64,000 nt of DNA from assembly GCA_051882475.1 (NCBI GenBank), contig JBJERW010000088.1:598-64597 (forward strand). The letters are read 5' to 3'. The notes below the pieces were generated by a model. It made no database searches. It saw only the letters and a list, made by a program, of their open reading frames with translations, and was not told the origin of the DNA. Shown here piece by piece: positions 46,368 through 55,443 of the stretch (the stretch's first letter is position 1; each line of letters starts with the position of its first letter). The translations under genes and the position numbers were made by a program. Source of the stretch: Huintestinicola sp. Lineage in GTDB: Bacteria > Bacillota > Clostridia > Oscillospirales > Ruminococcaceae.

Positions 46368-47930
46368 GTGAAAAGAAAGAGTTTATTTAGGAAAACGCTG
46401 AATAAATCGTTTCAGCCGTTTTTCGTCACCCTCTCAGTGACGGATTTTCGAGCGTTCCTCAAAACGGCGAAACGATTGCTTCGCATTATTCAGCGTGTCC
46501 TTAGCCGTGTTCTGAGCGCCGTTATTTCGGCGTCAATGGTTCTGGGATTCAGTACAGTTCCCGTTTCGGCGGCGACTGCCGAGTCAGCCGAATCGGCGGT
46601 GGCTTCGATTACCGCAGGCTGGAATCTGGGAAACGCCCTTGACAGCTGCGGCGACTGGATAGCAAAATATTCCGACGGAAAGCCCGACAAATATGAAACC
46701 GCATGGGGCAATCCCGTTACAAAGAAAAGCGTTATCACAGCAATAAAAAAAGCAGGCTTTAACGCTGTGAGAGTGCCTGTCACCTGGGACGCACATATCG
46801 ACTCAAAGGGAAATATCGACAGCGAGTGGCTTGCAAGAGTAAAGGAAGTCGTGGATTATGTTATATCACAGGATATGTACTGTATCCTGAACGTACACCA
46901 TGATGCAGGCTCGGACGGCTGGCTGGAAGCCTCCGAGTCCTCCTATGAAAAAAACAAGACAAGATTTGCGGGACTTTGGAAGAATATTGCAGCGGAATTC
47001 AAGAGCTATGATGACAAGCTCATCTTTGAGGGCTTCAACGAGATGCTTGACAAAAACAATTCCTGGACATCTTCAAAGGACAGCGGAGCATATACAGCCA
47101 TAAACAATTACAATCAGCTTTTTGTTGATACCGTCCGCAAAACGGGTGGCAACAACAAGACCCGAAATCTTATGGTGCAGACCTATTCGGGTGACGGCTC
47201 GGAAAATCAGCTGAAAAAATTCAAGCTTCCCGAGGATACCGTTTCGGGACATCTGATCGTTCAGGTACATAATTACGACCCTCAGGGCTTTACATCATCA
47301 TCGGCAACATGGACGACCATGACCGACAAGTGGGGCACCGATGCGGAAAAGAAGAATGTGGATACATATTTTGCAAGGCTGAAAAAATATTCCGACAGCC
47401 TGGGCGCTCCCTTTGTAGTAGGAGAGTTCGGTGCGGAGTACAAGAAAAACGACAGCGAACGAGTTGAGTATGCAAGCTGTTTTGTTACCACAGCGGCAAA
47501 GTACGGCGTCAAGTGCTTCTGGTGGGATACGGGCGAAATGGCTCTCATTGACAGAAACACGGCAAAGATAACCCACAGCGAGGTCGTAAAGGCTCTCACA
47601 TCGGTCAAAGCGTCAAAGTCATCTTCATCAGCCAAAGATAAGGATACATCATCGGGCAAGCTTTCAGCTCCTACGGTAACTGCAAAGGCAGGAAGCGGCA
47701 GCGTAAAGCTCAGCTGGAACGAAATTGACGGCGCAGACGCTTACAGAGTTTATATGTACGACAGTGAAACGGGAAAATACAAGCGTATTGTAACGGTAAG
47801 GTCAAATTACTACACGGTAAAGGAGCTTGAAAGCGGCACATACAAATTCATTGTCGCAGCTGTTACAAAGACATCTTCGGGATATAAAAACGGAGAGTAT
47901 TCAAAATCTGTCAAGGCTGTAGTTAAATAA
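46368..47930 (+). CDS. Secreted GH5 endoglucanase with C-terminal FN3-like domain; MITE-derived 38 aa in signal peptide
   Basis: GWNLGNALD, VRVPVTW, ILNVHHD, FEGFNE, VHNY, VGEFG, FWWD. Confidence 0.92.
   Translation: MKRKSLFRKTLNKSFQPFFVTLSVTDFRAFLKTAKRLLRIIQRVLSRVLSAVISASMVLGFSTVPVSAATAESAESAVASITAGWNLGNALDSCGDWIAKYSDGKPDKYETAWGNPVTKKSVITAIKKAGFNAVRVPVTWDAHIDSKGNIDSEWLARVKEVVDYVISQDMYCILNVHHDAGSDGWLEASESSYEKNKTRFAGLWKNIAAEFKSYDDKLIFEGFNEMLDKNNSWTSSKDSGAYTAINNYNQLFVDTVRKTGGNNKTRNLMVQTYSGDGSENQLKKFKLPEDTVSGHLIVQVHNYDPQGFTSSSATWTTMTDKWGTDAEKKNVDTYFARLKKYSDSLGAPFVVGEFGAEYKKNDSERVEYASCFVTTAAKYGVKCFWWDTGEMALIDRNTAKITHSEVVKALTSVKASKSSSSAKDKDTSSGKLSAPTVTAKAGSGSVKLSWNEIDGADAYRVYMYDSETGKYKRIVTVRSNYYTVKELESGTYKFIVAAVTKTSSGYKNGEYSKSVKAVVK
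46387..46504 (+). mobile_element. 110-bp MITE copy 1 with TTAG target duplication, in frame in the GH5 gene
   Basis: Ends gaaaacgctgaataa/ttattcagcgtgtcc; TTAG at 46387 and 46501; near-identical copy at 63260. Confidence 0.88.
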
Positions 47931-47932
47931 TT

Positions 47933-47970
47933 AAAGGCGGACATTTCAACAACGGAAATGTCCGCCTTTT
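47933..47970 (+). terminator. Terminator of GH5 gene
   Basis: aaaggcggacatttc ... gaaatgtccgcctttt. Confidence 0.8.
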
Positions 47971-47989
47971 TGGTTGAAAAGGGGGTACT

Positions 47990-48210
47990 GCGTCAAAAAC
48001 GTTCCACAGGAACGTTTTTGAGGAAAAGGTAATACATTCTTGAAAGAAGGGGGGCGGTCTTGTACGCCCCCCTCGAAATGCTGTCGCATTTCTCACCCCT
48101 GCTCCGCTTTTGAAGGCAAAAGGGGATTTCGCCGTTTGCGAACGGCGACCAAAGGGCGCTGCCCTTTGGAAACCTGCAAGCCTTTGGAAAAGGCTTGAGC
48201 GAAACTTTAA
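47990..48210. repeat. Cluster of REP-like palindromes
   Basis: tcaaaaacgttcc-aca-ggaacgtttttga; tcgccgtt-tgcg-aacggcga; ccaaagggc-gct-gccctttgg; caagccttt..aaaggcttg. Confidence 0.6.
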
Positions 48211-48261
48211 CTCCGATTTGGAACTATAGTTTATTTTATTATCTCACTTCCTCGATAGACT

Positions 48262-48299
48262 GAGGCGGTCATTTCATATCATTGTGAAATGACCGCCTC
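48262..48299. terminator. Hairpin after dnaJ
   Basis: gaggcggtcatttca ... tgaaatgaccgcctc. Confidence 0.7.
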
Positions 48300-48304
48300 T
48301 TATA

Positions 48305-49456
48305 TTATTTCAATGCGTCCTTGATCTTGTCAAAAAAGGATTTTCTTTTGTTGTAATTTTCGTCGGAAAGACTTGCTTCAAATTCCTTCAGCAGATCCTT
48401 CTGCTTCTTGGAAAGTCCCTTGGGCACTTCAACGTATACATGAACATACTGGTCGCCCCTGTCGGAACGGTTGAGCTTTTTAACGCCCTTGCCCTTAAGA
48501 CGGAATATAGTTCCGCTCTGAGTACCTTCGGCAATTTTGTATTTTACCTTGCCGTCTATGCAGGGAACGGTGATCTCGTCGCCGAGAGCCGCCTGTGTGT
48601 ATGTGATGGGTATCTCCGTGTGGATATCGTAGCCGTCACGCTCGAAGATGGGGTCGGGACGGACTTTTACCGAAACGGTGAGGTTTCCGTTCGGACCGCC
48701 GTTTATGCCGTTGTGTCCCTGACCGCTTACCCTGAGCATCTGACCGTCGTCGATACCTGCAGGGATATCAACGGAAATGGTCTTGTATGCCGAAACTCTT
48801 CCTGCGCCGTGGCACTTGGAGCAGGGATTTGTGATGACCTTGCCTTTTCCGCCGCACTTTGTACAGGGTCTTGCGGAGGACATCATGCCGAAAGGCGTGC
48901 GCTGTGTGACCTTGACCTGACCTGTACCGTTACAGTCGGGACAGGTGTTTGAAGAGGAACCGGGTGCAGCGCCCGTGCCGCCGCAGTCGGGGCATTTTTC
49001 CATACGGTTGAGCTTGACGTCCACCTTTTTACCGTTGCAGGCGTCCATAAAGTCGATAGTGACCTCGGTCTGTATATCCTGACCTCTTCTCGGAGCGTTG
49101 GGGTTGTTTTTTGAACCGCCGCCGAAGCTTGAACCGCCGAATATCTCGGAGAAGATATCGCCGATATCTCCCATATCTCCGAAGCCCGAAAATCCGCCGA
49201 AGCCGCCCGAGCCTGCTCCGTATGAAGGATCGACGCCCGCATGACCGAACTGGTCGTAGCGTGCTTTTTTATCGGGGTCGGAAAGACATTCGTATGCCTC
49301 GTTGACCTCCTTCATCTTTTCCTCGCATTCCTTGTCGTCCGGGTGAAGGTCGGGGTGGTATTTTTTTACGCAGGCACGGTATGCTTTTTTTATTTCATCT
49401 TCCGAAGCGCCTTTCTGTAATCCGAGCACCTCGTAGTAATCTCTTTTATCAGCCAT
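48305..49456 (-). CDS. dnaJ: Chaperone DnaJ
   Basis: DYYEVLG, HPD, G/F region, four CxxCxGxG repeats. Confidence 0.97.
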   Translation of the reverse strand: MADKRDYYEVLGLQKGASEDEIKKAYRACVKKYHPDLHPDDKECEEKMKEVNEAYECLSDPDKKARYDQFGHAGVDPSYGAGSGGFGGFSGFGDMGDIGDIFSEIFGGSSFGGGSKNNPNAPRRGQDIQTEVTIDFMDACNGKKVDVKLNRMEKCPDCGGTGAAPGSSSNTCPDCNGTGQVKVTQRTPFGMMSSARPCTKCGGKGKVITNPCSKCHGAGRVSAYKTISVDIPAGIDDGQMLRVSGQGHNGINGGPNGNLTVSVKVRPDPIFERDGYDIHTEIPITYTQAALGDEITVPCIDGKVKYKIAEGTQSGTIFRLKGKGVKKLNRSDRGDQYVHVYVEVPKGLSKKQKDLLKEFEASLSDENYNKRKSFFDKIKDALK

Positions 49457-49614
49457 AAAACTCAAATCCTTTCTCCGACGGTGTTTTTCTGTCGGAAAAA
49501 TGCCATATCCTTATATCAAATATCTATCCTCGCCAATGATTTTTAAAATCAAGCCAAGGGCGGAAAGAATATTGTTTCCGCCCTTGATGCTCTGAGATTT
49601 TACTGATTTATCAA

Positions 49615-51447
49615 TTATGCCTCGGTGAAATCAGCGTCAACGAAGCCTTCGCCGTTTCCGTTGTCGCCGCCGTTATTCTGATCGTCGCCGCCCTGAGCTG
49701 CCTGCTGAGCAGCGCCTGCAGCCTGGTAAACCTTTGAGGAAAGCTCGTAAACTGCCTTCTGAAGCTCTTCGGTCTTAGCCTTCATGTCAGCGGTATTGCC
49801 GCTTTCGATAGCCTTTTTCAGCTCGTCGATCTTAGCCTGTACGGGGGCCTTGTCGCTGTCGGAGAGCTTGTCGCCGAAATCGGTGAGAGCCTTTTCGCTC
49901 TGGAATACCATTGAATCAGCCTGATTCTTGATATCTACCTCTTCCTTGCGCTTCTTGTCTTCCTCAGCATATCTCTCAGCCTCTTCAACAGCCTTGTTGA
50001 TGTCTTCCTTGGACATGTTGGAGGAGGACTGGATAGTGATGTTCTGCTCCTTGCCTGTGCCGAGGTCCTTAGCGGATACGTGAACGATACCGTTGGAGTC
50101 GATGTCGAAGGTTACTTCGATCTGAGGGATTCCTCTGGGAGCGGGAGCGATGCCGTCAAGACGGAACATACCCAGCTGCTTGTTGTCCTTTGCAAATTCA
50201 CGCTCACCCTGGAGAACGTTGATGTCAACGGCAGTCTGATTGTCGGCATAGGTTGAGAATACCTGTGAATACTTTATAGGAATAGCCTTGTTTCTCTCGA
50301 TCATCTTTGTGCATACGCCGCCTGCGGTTTCGATACCGAGGGACAGAGGAGTTACATCACGGAGAACCATGCCTGTTACATCGCCTGTGAATACACCGCC
50401 CTGGAGAGCAGCGCCGAGAGCTACGCACTCATCGGGGTTGATGCCCTTGAAAGGCTCTGTGTGCATGAAGCTCTTTACAGCTTCCTGAACTGCGGGGATT
50501 CTTGAAGAACCGCCGACCATAAGCACCTTGCTGATGTCGGAGGGCTTAAGTCCTGCGTCGGAGAGAGCCTGCTTTACAGGACCCATTGTGGATTCAACAA
50601 GGTCGTGAGTAAGCTCGTTGAACTTAGCCTGTGTAAGAGTAAGCTCAAGGTGCTTAGGACCTGTTGCGTCTGCTGTGATATAGGGCAGGTTGATAGAGGA
50701 AGAAGGAGTTGAAGAAAGCTCGATCTTTGTCTTTTCGGCAGTTTCCTTAAGGCGCTGCATAGCCATTCTGTCGCCCGAAAGGTCGATTCCGTCGGAAGCC
50801 TTGAAGGACTCTACCATCCAGTTGATTATTCTCTGGTCGAAGTCATCGCCGCCCAGGTGGTTGTTTCCGGCAGTAGCCTTAACCTCCTGAACGCCGTCGC
50901 CCATTTCAATGATAGATACATCGAATGTACCGCCGCCGAGGTCGTATACCATAACGGTCTGATCCTCTTCCTTGTCGATGCCGTAGGAGAGAGCCGCAGC
51001 TGTAGGCTCGTTGATGATACGCTTTACGTTAAGACCTGCGATCTGTCCTGCGTCCTTTGTAGCCTGACGCTGAGCGTCGGTGAAGTATGCGGGAACGGTG
51101 ATAACAGCTTCCGTAACGGGTTCGCCGAGATAACCCTCTGCATCTGCCTTGAGCTTCTGGAGGATCATTGCGGAGATCTCCTGAGGAGTGTATTTCTTGT
51201 CGTCGATGGCAACCTTGTAATCGGAGCCCATGTGACGCTTGATGGAGGAGATAGTTCTGTCGGCGTTTGTAACAGCCTGACGCTTAGCTACCTGACCTAC
51301 AAGTCTTTCGCCCATCTTTGTGAAGCCTACAACGGAAGGAGTTGTTCTTGCACCCTCGGAGTTGGGGATTACAACGGCGCTGCCGCCTTCCATAACTGCA
51401 ACGCAGGAGTTTGTTGTACCAAGGTCAATACCAATAATCTTTGACAT
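49615..51447 (-). CDS. dnaK: Chaperone DnaK
   Basis: [32 protein letters not shown]. Confidence 0.98.
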   Translation of the reverse strand: MSKIIGIDLGTTNSCVAVMEGGSAVVIPNSEGARTTPSVVGFTKMGERLVGQVAKRQAVTNADRTISSIKRHMGSDYKVAIDDKKYTPQEISAMILQKLKADAEGYLGEPVTEAVITVPAYFTDAQRQATKDAGQIAGLNVKRIINEPTAAALSYGIDKEEDQTVMVYDLGGGTFDVSIIEMGDGVQEVKATAGNNHLGGDDFDQRIINWMVESFKASDGIDLSGDRMAMQRLKETAEKTKIELSSTPSSSINLPYITADATGPKHLELTLTQAKFNELTHDLVESTMGPVKQALSDAGLKPSDISKVLMVGGSSRIPAVQEAVKSFMHTEPFKGINPDECVALGAALQGGVFTGDVTGMVLRDVTPLSLGIETAGGVCTKMIERNKAIPIKYSQVFSTYADNQTAVDINVLQGEREFAKDNKQLGMFRLDGIAPAPRGIPQIEVTFDIDSNGIVHVSAKDLGTGKEQNITIQSSSNMSKEDINKAVEEAERYAEEDKKRKEEVDIKNQADSMVFQSEKALTDFGDKLSDSDKAPVQAKIDELKKAIESGNTADMKAKTEELQKAVYELSSKVYQAAGAAQQAAQGGDDQNNGGDNGNGEGFVDADFTEA

Positions 51448-51464
51448 ATAAATCATCCTTTCAG

Positions 51465-51766
51465 GCAGCATGATGCTGCACGCAATCGTTTCGTAATTTA
51501 TCGGAAACCCAAGTTTTTAGCTCGGTAACCTTACTGATTTTAAAAACGTTAGATTTGTTAGCAGGCTGAGCCTGCACGCAATCGTTTCGTAATTTATCGG
51601 AAAACCGAGTTTTTGGCTCGGTAACCTTACTGATTTTGAAAACGTTAGTTTTTTAGCAGCCTGATGCTGCACGCAATCGTTTCGTAATTTATCGGAAACC
51701 CAAGTTTTTGGCTCGGTAACCTTACTGATTTTGAAAACGTAAGATTTGTTAGCAGGCTGAGCCTGC
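51465..51766. repeat. Three ~95-96-bp tandem units bounded by four 15-bp palindromes (GCAGnnTGAnnCTGC)
   Basis: Palindromes start at 51465, 51561, 51656, 51752; intervening ~80 bp nearly identical. Confidence 0.92.
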
Positions 51767-51812
51767 AACTTACAAATATTTAATAAATTTAACTAACCGA
51801 ATTAAATTAGGA

Positions 51813-52391
51813 TTACGGATTAGCCACCGTGACCATAGCATGGCGGATAACCTTTTTGCCTAAGGTGTAGCCCTTCTGGAAAACCTGAGAAACGGTGTTT
51901 TCGCCGAAGTTTTCGTCCTCGACCTGAGTTACCGCATTGTGGAAATTGGGGTCAAAGGGCTTGCCGAGAGCGTCTATTTCCTCCACTCCAAGCTTTTTGA
52001 GGATATCCGTATACTGCTTGAATATCATTTCGATACCCTTTTTGTATGTGGCGTCCTCGGTTTCGGCGGCAAGTGCTCTTTCAAAATTGTCCACGACTGA
52101 AAGTATTTCGGTAACGGATTTTATGAGAGCGTTGTCATATGCGTCCTGCTTTTCCTTGAGGGAACGTGTGCGGTAGTTATAATATTCCGCATCTAAGCGG
52201 AGATATTTTTCTTTTTCGTCCGCAAGCTCCTTGGTAAGCTTATCGACCTCCTCTTTCAGCAGTTCTTCGGGGGATTTTACCTCCGTTTCTTCTGCTGTAT
52301 CGGCGGAGCTTTCTTCGGCCTGCGCTTCGGCTTCGGCAGCGGCCGCTGTTTCGGTTGTTTCCTCGGCTGTCTGCTTTTCACTTTCTGCCAT
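51813..52391 (-). CDS. grpE: Nucleotide exchange factor GrpE
   Basis: YLRLDAEYYNYRTR, FDPNFHNAV, QKGY..IRHAMV. Confidence 0.95.
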   Translation of the reverse strand: MAESEKQTAEETTETAAAAEAEAQAEESSADTAEETEVKSPEELLKEEVDKLTKELADEKEKYLRLDAEYYNYRTRSLKEKQDAYDNALIKSVTEILSVVDNFERALAAETEDATYKKGIEMIFKQYTDILKKLGVEEIDALGKPFDPNFHNAVTQVEDENFGENTVSQVFQKGYTLGKKVIRHAMVTVANP

Positions 52392-52417
52392 TTGCTGTAC
52401 CGTCCTTTCTGTATTTG

Positions 52418-53488
52418 CTATTCGTAATCGTTATCCGATATATCGGGTAATCCGAGGATATCCTCATCGTCGGATATCATTTCGCTTATCCTGTCGGTGA
52501 GATACTCGATATAGGGAATGATCTTGGCGTAATCAAGCCGCATGGGCCCGAGAAGTCCGAGAGAACCTGCCGTTTTGTTGCCCTTGCGTATCTTGGAAAC
52601 TATCAGGCTGGAATTGCTGATGACTGCATTTCCGTCCTCCTCGCTGAACAGCACCTGCAGATCGTTGAAGGTGGAATCCAGCAGGGCGGAAAATTCGTTT
52701 TTCTTTTCCAGAAATCCCAGTATTTCCTGTGCATCAATATCGTTTCGTGCGAGAAGATTTCTTTCGCCGCTGATGTGAACATCGCTGTGCATAAAGCTTT
52801 GGGCAAGCTCGCATACGCCCTTGAGCAGGGGAGTGAGGGTCATCATATATGCGCCCATTGCAGCGGAGAGCTTTTCGATCATTTCGTCCGAGAGGCTGTC
52901 GACTGTTATACCGCTCAGATTTTTGGTCATGAACTCGTTAAAGAAGCTCAGCTGTTCCTCCGTCAGGTCAAATTCAAGCCTGCACACCTTGTTCTGAATG
53001 TTTCCCGTTGACGTTATCATCAGCAGGACGTACATTCTTTTTCCCGTTGGTATAGCGTCCACCTTGGTTATCACCGAAAACTGAGGCGCTGTATTGGAAA
53101 CCACCGCAGCGCAGTTTGTAAGCTCTGCGAGAGCCTTCGAGGCACTTTCGATGAGCGCTTCCTCGGTTGGTACTTCAATGTCGAGAATGCTGTCCAGCAT
53201 TTCCTTTTCGGATTTTGTAAGGCTTCTTTCGGGCATGAGCCTGTCGATATAAAGCTTATATCCGTTGTAGGTGGGGACTCTTCCTGCCGATGTATGTGGC
53301 TGTTCCAGATACCCGAGCTGTTCAAGCATTGCCATATCGTTTCGTATGGTTGCGGGAGAAACCTTGATATCGGGCATGGCAGCGATCGTTTTTGAACCGA
53401 CGGGTTCACCTGTCACGATATACTCGTTGACGACGGCAGCAAGTATTTTTAGTTTTCTGTCATCTAACAGGGTGATCACCGCTTTCAT
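52418..53488 (-). CDS. hrcA: Heat-inducible repressor HrcA (exact start uncertain)
   Basis: EPVGSK, SPATIRNDM, QPHTSAGRVPT, LGPMRLDY. Confidence 0.95.
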   Translation of the reverse strand: MKAVITLLDDRKLKILAAVVNEYIVTGEPVGSKTIAAMPDIKVSPATIRNDMAMLEQLGYLEQPHTSAGRVPTYNGYKLYIDRLMPERSLTKSEKEMLDSILDIEVPTEEALIESASKALAELTNCAAVVSNTAPQFSVITKVDAIPTGKRMYVLLMITSTGNIQNKVCRLEFDLTEEQLSFFNEFMTKNLSGITVDSLSDEMIEKLSAAMGAYMMTLTPLLKGVCELAQSFMHSDVHISGERNLLARNDIDAQEILGFLEKKNEFSALLDSTFNDLQVLFSEEDGNAVISNSSLIVSKIRKGNKTAGSLGLLGPMRLDYAKIIPYIEYLTDRISEMISDDEDILGLPDISDNDYE

Positions 53489-53512
53489 TTTAGCACTTAT
53501 TGCTTTGCTGTG

Positions 53513-53539
53513 TTAGCACTCATTCTCCTTGAGTGCTAA
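53513..53539. promoter_or_regulatory. CIRCE element (perfect)
   Basis: TTAGCACTC-N9-GAGTGCTAA, downstream of minus-strand TTGACA(53566-53571)/TATAAT(53544-53549). Confidence 0.95.
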
Positions 53540-53599
53540 TTATATTATACACCAAATTTTCCTCTTGTCAAGAGGTTTTCGGAACTTTTTCAAAAAAAA

Positions 53600-53626
53600 T
53601 TAGCAAAACTCCTCTTAGAGTGCTAA
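53600..53626. promoter_or_regulatory. Second, degenerate CIRCE
   Basis: TTAGCAAAA-N9-GAGTGCTAA. Confidence 0.65.
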
Positions 53627-53636
53627 TACAGGGCAG

Positions 53637-53795
53637 GCAGGCTGAGCCTGCACCCAATTGTTCTGTTAGTTTGTTTGGGCGACATAGTTCTTGGCTCGGT
53701 AACGGCAGCATGATGCTGCACCCAATCGGCAGGCTGAGCCTGCACCCAATCGTTCTGTTAGTTTGTTCGGGCGACACAGTTCTTGGCTCGGTAAC
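53637..53795. repeat. Composite repeat related to the 51465-51766 array
   Basis: GCAGGCTGAGCCTGC x2 and GCAGCATGATGCTGC, two near-identical ~52-bp linkers ending ttggctcggtaac. Confidence 0.85.
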
Positions 53796-54182
53796 GTGAC
53801 ATACCGTGAAATCCATAATGCAAAAAAATTAGAGCTTTTCAATAATCCATAAAAAGAAACACATAATTGCTGTACAAGCAATTAGGGAAGCGAAAGAGCA
53901 TAGCCTGAGAGGGGAGAGGTTTTCTGTTAGAGGGAAAGGGAGTGCAGAGGGAAAACCGCAAGGAGAGGGGGGTGGCGGCTGCGTCCGTAGCGCTCCGAGC
54001 ACTCCCCCCTCCCCTGAAGGTTGTCCCTTTGCAGGGTAACGAATTATCTAACATTTCAAAAAAACAATACGAAAAAGAACAAAATCTATCCTTACAAAAA
54101 CGGGCAACGAAACAACTTACATATTAAAAAGAGATACGTATTAAATAAGAAAAATGACCCCCTCCGAGAACTCGGAAAAGAG

Positions 54183-55427
54183 TCATTCCTCCAGCACAAA
54201 AATTATCACACGGTGAGCCTTGTAGTAGTCAATGTAGCTGATCTTTCCGCTGTAGTTTATGTCGTCCATTATCCTGTCAATGTCGGAAATACCGTTTTCG
54301 TCAGGCTCTTTCAGCCGTTCGGTCGTCTGCTCGTAAAGCTCCTCCGACGCAAGCTTTATCATGAAATATTTGTCCCCAGAATCAACGCATCTGCGGCAGC
54401 CCTCTTCAATTATTTCCAGCGCCTGAGCGTAATCCTCCGCATATTTGTTTTCATGTACGTAATAGCTCATTTTATCGCTGTCAGCCGAAGGGGGAGTGCA
54501 AAGAGCGGTGCTTACCGTCCTCGATTTTTCGATGACCGAATCGTCCGCAAGAAAATACTGATAAAGCACCATGTCGGGATAAAGCTCCGCAAGCGCAGGG
54601 TCGGGTGAATCCCAGCCCACGTCAACGTGATACCAGTTCCCGTCAACCTTTACCATGTTCCACATATGGTCAACGTCCGTATATCCCGTGACTATCATGT
54701 TTTCTATCCCCGCAATGTTGCAGAGATAGGAAAACGCCTTCGCATAGCCCTCGCAGAGAGCTTTTTTCCTTACAAGCGCACCGTATATCGAATCGGAATA
54801 AGGGTCCTCGGTGGAGCTTTCACAGTTTAGCACAAGATAATCATGGAAGGCTTTCAGCTTTTCATAGTCGGACATTCCCTCGTAAATATATTCGTCGAAT
54901 ATTGCCTTTGCCGCATCCTCCGTTTCCATGAGCATGATGTTTGTTTCTTTGACAGAGTATTTGTACTCGAAGTTCATTTCAAAGGTCTGGGCGGAGATGT
55001 TGAAATCCCCCACGTTTCTGCTGCCCACGTAAAACAGCATAAGCTGCTCGCAGCGCACCGTTTCAAGAATATTCACATAATCGTCAACGCTTATAGTCAA
55101 GGGCATGAGCATGGAGGTTTCAAATCCTGCCATTGTTTCCACAACATCGTTGTATACGTCTGTATGTCTTGGATCGTAATCCAGAGAGGCGTATTTGGTT
55201 ATCATATTCTGCGGAACGTACAGCTCCGTGGAGGAAACGTCGGCATATTTGTCCTTTGCCTCGGTTTCCTCCTCCGAGGCGGCTTCGGTGATAATCTTTC
55301 CGTCGGAAATGACTGTATAGTCGGGCTCGGACAAAGGCTCGTCCGACTTTAAGCACCCCGTAAGCAGGGATGCTGTCACAGCCGACAGTATGCAGAATGT
55401 TTTTGTTCTGCGCAAACGCAAGATCAT
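54183..55427 (-). CDS. Transglutaminase-like domain lipoprotein (5 of 5)
   Basis: LTGC lipobox; ALCEGYA, HMWNMV, YHVDVGWD. Confidence 0.85.
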   Translation of the reverse strand: MILRLRRTKTFCILSAVTASLLTGCLKSDEPLSEPDYTVISDGKIITEAASEEETEAKDKYADVSSTELYVPQNMITKYASLDYDPRHTDVYNDVVETMAGFETSMLMPLTISVDDYVNILETVRCEQLMLFYVGSRNVGDFNISAQTFEMNFEYKYSVKETNIMLMETEDAAKAIFDEYIYEGMSDYEKLKAFHDYLVLNCESSTEDPYSDSIYGALVRKKALCEGYAKAFSYLCNIAGIENMIVTGYTDVDHMWNMVKVDGNWYHVDVGWDSPDPALAELYPDMVLYQYFLADDSVIEKSRTVSTALCTPPSADSDKMSYYVHENKYAEDYAQALEIIEEGCRRCVDSGDKYFMIKLASEELYEQTTERLKEPDENGISDIDRIMDDINYSGKISYIDYYKAHRVIIFVLEE

Positions 55428-55443
55428 GAGGCTCTCCTTTGGA

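Noticed and set aside
51465-51766. CRISPR array
   Set aside because: Intervening sequences are near-identical rather than unique spacers, period is ~96 bp, and no cas genes are present
51517-51768. 83-aa repetitive ORF, and ORFs at 53533-53881
   Set aside because: Translations of the tandem repeats, with no RBS or protein motif
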